Below, in pieces: positions 58,763-64,000 of a stretch of DNA of 64,000 nt (its first letter is position 1; each line of letters begins with the position of its first letter). The stretch covers positions 98,856 to 162,855 of the forward strand of contig JAJYWD010000001.1 in NCBI GenBank assembly GCA_021791655.1, read 5' to 3'. The notes under the pieces are model-generated. The model was not told the DNA's origin. It searched no databases and saw only the letters and a list, made by a program, of their open reading frames with translations. A program made the translations under genes and the position numbers. The DNA is from Nanobdellota archaeon. Its GTDB lineage: Archaea; Nanobdellota; Nanobdellia; Parvarchaeales; Parvarchaeaceae.

Positions 58763-59686
58763 ATGGTAAAAACTCTCACAGAGCTCATAGAATCTCTGCC
58801 GTTCGAAAATGTCGAAAAATTGGAATTGGCACTGATTTACTTGGGGCGCAAGCCAGCTACGCTCATCGACGTAGTTCCAGCTAACCCTGTAATAAACTAC
58901 GGACGTCATAAAGGGATCGTAAGACTTGAAGACGGTAAGCGCGAAGAGATTAAAGACACATTTGACAGGCTGGGCCTTAGTTACAACATTACTCCAAAAA
59001 GAACTGTACGATACCTGAGCTTGAACGGTGGGAAATCTTGGATAAAGCACGAACGTATAAGGGTTTATGTAGGGAGGACGCAAAAGGACGTGAGTAAACT
59101 CCACAACGCCGCTTCTGCGTGGGACGAGAAACGGCAAGGGGAGGCTTACGGTTTCCCAAAGACTGCAATAGCAGCATTCTGTGGCAAGACTGCGCTTTTG
59201 CACGGAGAACCGGTGATAGGTTATTTTGATGTGTACGCGGCTTTCCGGACTTCTATGGGATTTAGACTGTCTCAGAAACACTACAAAAAGGAATTAAACG
59301 AGAAAATCGGAGGCGATCTGCGGGCGCTGAAAAAGGAGAATTTCAAGCTCTATCTGGGGGCCATAAAGTATAAGTCTAGGATTGGCCGGCAAAGCATAGT
59401 GGAAGATTTTCTTAACAGTAATAAATCGAGATTCGATCCGCACGCAGACGGTCTGCTGGAAAGCGTGGACGAGGAGTCGCCAGTTCATCTCCACTTCGCA
59501 CTTGAAGTCATGAAATCTCTCGGAGAATATTCCTACAAAAAATCAGAGAAACTTAAAGCGTACATACTCGAACAGGCCAGAGAGGAGACGCGTGCCATTG
59601 TCAGATACGGGCATCGCAATCGTTTTGTTGCGGACATTGCTGATGATGCAGACGAGATTTTGAAGGGCGGAGATTGTATAGAGTAA
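58763..59686 (+). CDS. Hypothetical protein
   Basis: 307-aa ORF; G.KPA and G.AYGFP..AI.AF motifs. Confidence 0.7.
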   Translation: MVKTLTELIESLPFENVEKLELALIYLGRKPATLIDVVPANPVINYGRHKGIVRLEDGKREEIKDTFDRLGLSYNITPKRTVRYLSLNGGKSWIKHERIRVYVGRTQKDVSKLHNAASAWDEKRQGEAYGFPKTAIAAFCGKTALLHGEPVIGYFDVYAAFRTSMGFRLSQKHYKKELNEKIGGDLRALKKENFKLYLGAIKYKSRIGRQSIVEDFLNSNKSRFDPHADGLLESVDEESPVHLHFALEVMKSLGEYSYKKSEKLKAYILEQAREETRAIVRYGHRNRFVADIADDADEILKGGDCIE

Positions 59687-59752
59687 TGCCTGCATATAAG
59701 ATTTTATACCTACTTCCTACTTATATTTAAATCGAGGCCGTTTCCCAATGCT

Positions 59753-61582
59753 ATGGGTTTAACCGAGTATCTCCTGATGAGCATAGCCGTAGTGGTGATT
59801 GTCGCCGTTGGAGGATACCTTCTAATAGCGAACGTCCTTTATCCATCTACTCAGAGCGCCTCAGCGCAGAAGAACTTCTTCCTGAGCCTTACGGATCCCG
59901 CTACGACACCGACGGGGACAACAGCACTTTATGTTACTTACTCAGCTCTTCAGATATCCGTTTCGCACAGTGGTAGCGTCAGCGTGGAAGCCCTGCCAGG
60001 GAGCGGGACAGTGAACGTGTTTGATTTGCAAAATGCAACTATTATCTTGGCCGCGACAAACGTTCCGAATGGTTCAAAGGTGACACAAGTTAAAATCAAT
60101 ATTTCGAACGCCATAATAACTATCGGCGGCAAAAACAGCACTGTAGTTATAGGCGAAGGAACGATAACAGCGAACATAAGCAGTAACGGTTCCGGCTCCG
60201 GCAAGCAGAACGCTCTGGTAGATCTTATCCCTTCAGTGACGGCTATAGAGACTGTGGATAAGACGGTGTACGTTTTGACATCTAGTGTTAGGGCAGTGAT
60301 AACCCCGACGAACGTATTCACAGGGCAGTCTTCTAATGTTTCTGTACCTCCGTCACCGCAGGTTGGCGAAGAATTTAACTTCGCCCCGAACACAAACGTG
60401 TCACAGATATTCCAGTCAGTGACACCCACAATCAAGATAGTATCTGCATCGATAACTGTGAATGGCAATGATACTGATTTCAGCATGACGGTGCGGAACA
60501 CCGGAAATGTGAGCGTCGAGTTGAACGGTATAATGCTGAATGGCTCTAAGAACGTCTATTTTCCTATGCCACCCGTGAGCGCACTTTTCTTCATGCCCGC
60601 TATGGTTTTTCCACTGCCGATAACGCCTCCGCCAGGCATTCCTCTTCCCCAGGGTGTTAGCGCACCGCCAAAGTTCGTAATAACCTTCCCTAATGGGACG
60701 GTTATGAACACTACGTCTGTGTTTACTATTCCTACAATGCCTCCGAACGCTTCTACTACTACTTTCCCCATTCCGTCTCAGAACGGGTCTCTTCCGCCGC
60801 CAAACGCCACCCCGAGCAGTATGCCTCCACCGGGTTCGGTTCCTGGCACAGGGAGTATAACCGGTACATTTTACATACTGGATATCGTAAAGACTGCTCA
60901 CGCTATCTCGATTAATTCGAGTGGTATGGTTTTGGATGTCGGTGGTGATAGCATAGCAGTGACAACCACACCACCAATGATGCAGATGCCACCTACGCAG
61001 ACCCAGCAGGGCACTGCCAATGGACAGCCTTCTCAGCCGCAGAATTTCACCATTCCTGCAGGTTCTACGCAGATACAGTTGCCTTCCGGTACTACTCTAT
61101 ATATGCAATTTCCGCCTGGCGCTCAACCACCCACAGCCGCCCCTCCCGTGCAAGTGACTTCACAGGCTAAGAATATGCCAATAGGCTGGATGATTTTCTC
61201 GAATGGTACTCTTGGATTCCCGCCTATGTCCCTATCCCAGGGACAGGCACCACCTGCTGGCGGTTCCATGCTTCCGGGTTCGGAAGGACAGAGCTCTATA
61301 AATTCTGCTAATAATGCAATATCCAATATAGCAGCTGGTGCAGCAAATGTGAGCGTTAAGATTCCCAACGGTATAAAACTGCCACCCGGGTATGATCTCG
61401 CGGCCGGCGCGAGCGTCACGTTTACTCTTAGTGGTCTTTTAACTATGGGGCCATCACCACAGACTCCTTCAGGTATTAGCATGCAACCACCGTTTTCAGT
61501 ACTTATCCCAGGCGATACCTATAATGTATGGATAATGGGTGCTAGCGGGGCGCATGCTCACGCAAAGATAACAGCGGGCTGA
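59753..61582 (+). CDS. DUF4382-like surface protein with a proline-rich C-terminal half
   Basis: N-terminal TM; LSLTDP...LYVTYS...GTVNVFDL pattern; extensive Pro/Thr/Gln-rich segments. Confidence 0.65.
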   Translation: MGLTEYLLMSIAVVVIVAVGGYLLIANVLYPSTQSASAQKNFFLSLTDPATTPTGTTALYVTYSALQISVSHSGSVSVEALPGSGTVNVFDLQNATIILAATNVPNGSKVTQVKINISNAIITIGGKNSTVVIGEGTITANISSNGSGSGKQNALVDLIPSVTAIETVDKTVYVLTSSVRAVITPTNVFTGQSSNVSVPPSPQVGEEFNFAPNTNVSQIFQSVTPTIKIVSASITVNGNDTDFSMTVRNTGNVSVELNGIMLNGSKNVYFPMPPVSALFFMPAMVFPLPITPPPGIPLPQGVSAPPKFVITFPNGTVMNTTSVFTIPTMPPNASTTTFPIPSQNGSLPPPNATPSSMPPPGSVPGTGSITGTFYILDIVKTAHAISINSSGMVLDVGGDSIAVTTTPPMMQMPPTQTQQGTANGQPSQPQNFTIPAGSTQIQLPSGTTLYMQFPPGAQPPTAAPPVQVTSQAKNMPIGWMIFSNGTLGFPPMSLSQGQAPPAGGSMLPGSEGQSSINSANNAISNIAAGAANVSVKIPNGIKLPPGYDLAAGASVTFTLSGLLTMGPSPQTPSGISMQPPFSVLIPGDTYNVWIMGASGAHAHAKITAG

Positions 61583-61609
61583 TCACTGTTGTTTAAGTAC
61601 CAGTTTATT

Positions 61610-62158
61610 CTATTTGTTGATGTTTGTCACCTTTATTTCGAATAACAGCGTGTGGCCCGCAAGTACGGGGTACACTTCAAGCGTGGCGTTGGTAGTATTA
61701 AAGCTTCTGACCGTGTACAGATAGCCGTTTCCAGGGTTAAATTGCTCCCCCACGCTCAAGTTTGATACGTTTCTCAAATAAGATATCGGCACCGTGTACG
61801 ATCGATTTGTCTGGTTTATGTAACCGTACGCCTGCTCTGGTAACAGCGATACGTTCTTTGTCTGGCCGACCCTCATGCCTATTACTGCGTTGTTTACGCC
61901 CGATATCATCTGCCCGCCACCAACCACGAAGCTTATCGGCTTGCTGCCGAAGTTAGAGCCGAATACCGTGCCGTTGGTGAAAGAGCCTGTATAGTATATG
62001 CTTACGTTATCGCCCACCGCTACGATTGCAGCCGGTTGGCCGTAAAAGACAAAATACGCCAATGCGGCAATGACTACAATTGGTACAGCTATCGCCAAAA
62101 TATGAACGAACTTCAGCCTAAAAGCCTTCTTCTCTTGTGTCGTGCCAGATTCCTGCAT
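61610..62158 (-). CDS. FKBP-type peptidyl-prolyl isomerase with N-terminal membrane anchor
   Basis: YTGSFTNGTVF, GQMISG...AVIGM..G, PEQAYG and LAGHTLLFEIKV. Confidence 0.9.
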   Translation of the reverse strand: MQESGTTQEKKAFRLKFVHILAIAVPIVVIAALAYFVFYGQPAAIVAVGDNVSIYYTGSFTNGTVFGSNFGSKPISFVVGGGQMISGVNNAVIGMRVGQTKNVSLLPEQAYGYINQTNRSYTVPISYLRNVSNLSVGEQFNPGNGYLYTVRSFNTTNATLEVYPVLAGHTLLFEIKVTNINK

Positions 62159-62216
62159 CCCGTTTTGAGGATGTCAGCATTTAAAATAGTTTTGGTTACC
62201 GTACACACCGTACAAT

Positions 62217-62786
62217 TCAGGTGTAGAAACCAGCTACTTCTCTCCCCATATCTTCCGGCGTGAACGATACCTCGCCACTTTTCATTCTCTGGAACATCAT
62301 ATAACCGTAGTCCCTCTGTCTCTCCTTGCCTGCCAGGCCTAAGTTTTCGACCACGGTGGCAACGGCTTTCTCCGTACCCTCTATCTCTATGAAGTCTCCG
62401 AGATGTTTGACCGCATCAAGCGTTACATAAATATCTTTCTTGGTGAATTCGTTCCTGATTTTCGATATTATCTTCGACGGTGCGAATCCTTTCAGCAGCA
62501 CGCGGAGGACAGCGTTTGGATCTTTTATTTTTAGGCTAGTTTCCATCCAGTGGCTTTCGTCCCTGCGCTCCTTAAGCTCCAGCAACGGGATAAGACCCCG
62601 TCTGAGCCTAAGCCTTACGACATAATACCCCTCAAGGCCGTTCTCCGGCCTCCATGACCTATCCTCGAATATCAGGTCGCTCATTTCGTAACCCCTGCCT
62701 TTTTTGAAACCGAGTCTGTTCAGTTTCTTTTCTATCCTTTTGATTTCGTCCTTGTCTAGTCTGAATCTCAATTCGTACTCCTCCAT
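62217..62786 (-). CDS. CYTH-domain protein (class IV adenylate cyclase-like)
   Basis: EYELRF, RLR, K.R.EF and LD.VKHLGDFIEIEG. Confidence 0.85.
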   Translation of the reverse strand: MEEYELRFRLDKDEIKRIEKKLNRLGFKKGRGYEMSDLIFEDRSWRPENGLEGYYVVRLRLRRGLIPLLELKERRDESHWMETSLKIKDPNAVLRVLLKGFAPSKIISKIRNEFTKKDIYVTLDAVKHLGDFIEIEGTEKAVATVVENLGLAGKERQRDYGYMMFQRMKSGEVSFTPEDMGREVAGFYT

Positions 62787-62919
62787 CGCATAGGAAGTGC
62801 ATCCAAAAATAAAAGCCTGTTTTCTCAGGCTCCGCTAAGGAAAAATCAAAATCGGGCTTATGAAGAAACCAATTTCAACTCTTTCCTCTTTTTGCGCTTT
62901 CATACGCTTACACATTGCT

Positions 62920-63122
62920 TTATAGCATCCATTTCCAAGCAGGTTTCGCTATTATGTGTTTCCCTTCAATCTTGAATTTGTCTTCTCGGTCAAATGTAAG
63001 TATTAATCCCCTGCCAAATCAAACTTTTGATAGCTTCAACAAGTCCGTCAAATTCTCTCTGTCGTTTCCTCGTTTAGCTCATACGAGACTTGTATTCCCA
63101 GTTTTATCTTGTTTTGCTCATC
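62920..63122 (-). pseudogene. 3' relic of an AAA+ ATPase with DUF4143-like C-terminus
   Basis: Joined frames read KIKLGIQVSYELNEETTER/EFDGLVEAIK/FDLAG/GLILTFDREDKFKIEGKHIIAKPAWKWML*, with three indels. Confidence 0.75.
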
Positions 63123-63130
63123 GGGTTCTA

Positions 63131-63144
63131 AGCGCCGCGGCGCT
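63131..63144. repeat. Perfect 14-bp GC-rich palindrome
   Basis: AGCGCCGCGGCGCT is its own reverse complement. Confidence 0.8.
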
Positions 63145-63213
63145 CATAAGTAACGTTTATTTATAATCCTTCTTCTCTATAAAAATTGGTACAATAGTAT
63201 TCAATCAATGCAT

Positions 63214-63675
63214 ATGGAAAAGTGGAGGGAGAGGTTCACTTACGAGAAAAACGAGCTTTTACGCCGGGAACTAGAGCTTGACCAGAGGGTAATGGACAAA
63301 TACGACGGCGTCATTTTCCAGGTACGGGGATGGGAAGTGTCCCTTTGGTCAGCACTTATAGTGATAATCTTCCAGTTCAATGAAAGGCCCATGATTTACG
63401 TCGCCCTACTTATCCCTCCGGTTTTCTGGGGATTGGATGCGATGTACAAGACGTACCGCGAGGGATACAAACTAAGAAGGAATAAGATCTCCGCTTTCAT
63501 GACTTCTAAAGAGTACGAAAACAGCTTCAGGAAGGGCGAAATGAAGTTTGCAACGCCGGTCTTTCCAGTGCACAAGAACCGTAACATGCTGAGAAACGCG
63601 CTTCGTCCGCACATATTCATGTTGCATGCCACTCTGCTTGCCCTTACTTTGGTGACGATTGCACTTATTTTCTGA
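63214..63675 (+). CDS. Small multi-TM hypothetical protein
   Basis: Q.V..K....FQVRGW.VSL.....P.FWGLDAMY pattern; 2-3 TMs. Confidence 0.75.
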   Translation: MEKWRERFTYEKNELLRRELELDQRVMDKYDGVIFQVRGWEVSLWSALIVIIFQFNERPMIYVALLIPPVFWGLDAMYKTYREGYKLRRNKISAFMTSKEYENSFRKGEMKFATPVFPVHKNRNMLRNALRPHIFMLHATLLALTLVTIALIF

Positions 63676-63773
63676 GCCTGATCGATCCTCCGGAAAAATA
63701 TAAGCGCAAACGAGTCGCTGTCAAGGTTGACTAGCCGAACAGTATTTTAATTGAAAAGGTGTAAATCGTTGTT

Positions 63774-64000
63774 ATGGACGGCACAAAAGTCAACATCGCC
63801 AAGAACGTGAACCTGCCAGCGCAGACCGTCATGACCGGTAGGGGCTGTATAATAGGACAGAGCGGTTCCGGCAAGTCCTACCTCGCCGGCGTGATCGCCG
63901 AGGAGCTCTGCAAGTTAAAGCTGCCTTTTTGCATCGTAGACCCAGAGGGAGAATATTACCCTCTGAGGAGCGCTTTTCAGGTCCTAATAGCGGGCGGGGA
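63774..64000 (+). CDS. HerA/DUF87-family P-loop ATPase (3'-partial)
   Basis: MDGTKVNIAKNVNLPAQTVMTGRGCIIGQSGSGKSY...CIVDPEGEY; not in the ORF track because it runs off the window. Confidence 0.85.
   Translation, partial: MDGTKVNIAKNVNLPAQTVMTGRGCIIGQSGSGKSYLAGVIAEELCKLKLPFCIVDPEGEYYPLRSAFQVLIAGG

Noticed and set aside
62915-63166. 83-aa plus-strand ORF
   Set aside because: It is the antisense of the DUF4143-type relic, which explains the sequence better.
1-64000. CRISPR arrays, rRNA, RNase P/SRP RNA, transposases, integrases
   Set aside because: No regularly spaced repeats or diagnostic motifs were seen by eye. A covariance-model and HMM scan would be needed to exclude diverged cases.

Overview
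Gene-dense archaeal chromosomal window. Archaeal markers are a group II chaperonin, an Sm-like protein next to rpl37e, an archaeal-type GlmU and TATA-box promoters with mostly leaderless spacing. Streamlined packing, a P3A-type H+ ATPase and Thermoplasmatales-like surface repeats fit a small-genome acidophilic DPANN archaeon (Parvarchaeota/Micrarchaeota-like; inference). Contents in order: a surface-protein 3' end; a frameshifted conserved gene; thermosome, Sm, L37e and grpE-dnaK-dnaJ; tRNA-Asp(GTC) with a non-canonical T-loop; metB; a glmU-yvcK pair; a strongly diverged four-gene operon of two PrkA-type AAA+ ATPases, a DUF444/VWA protein and a SpoVR protein (best candidate for an uncharacterised system); an H+ P-type ATPase; hisS; a heptose/glycan cluster (hddA, epimerase, GT4, Thr-type sulfatase-fold enzyme, split transketolase, transaldolase, gmhB); sua5, rdgB and a DEDD exonuclease; an A-B-A-B tandem of four small membrane proteins; nth/xth; M1 aminopeptidase; PNP; sod; comA; deoC; alkA; a deaminase; a DEAD-box helicase; stomatin; a low-GC nucleotidyltransferase; an ABC exporter; a Pro-rich DUF4382 surface protein facing a membrane-anchored FKBP; CYTH; a decayed AAA/DUF4143 relic; and the start of a HerA/DUF87 ATPase. 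I saw no CRISPR array, rRNA or transposase. Family assignments come from motif recognition by eye, not database searches.
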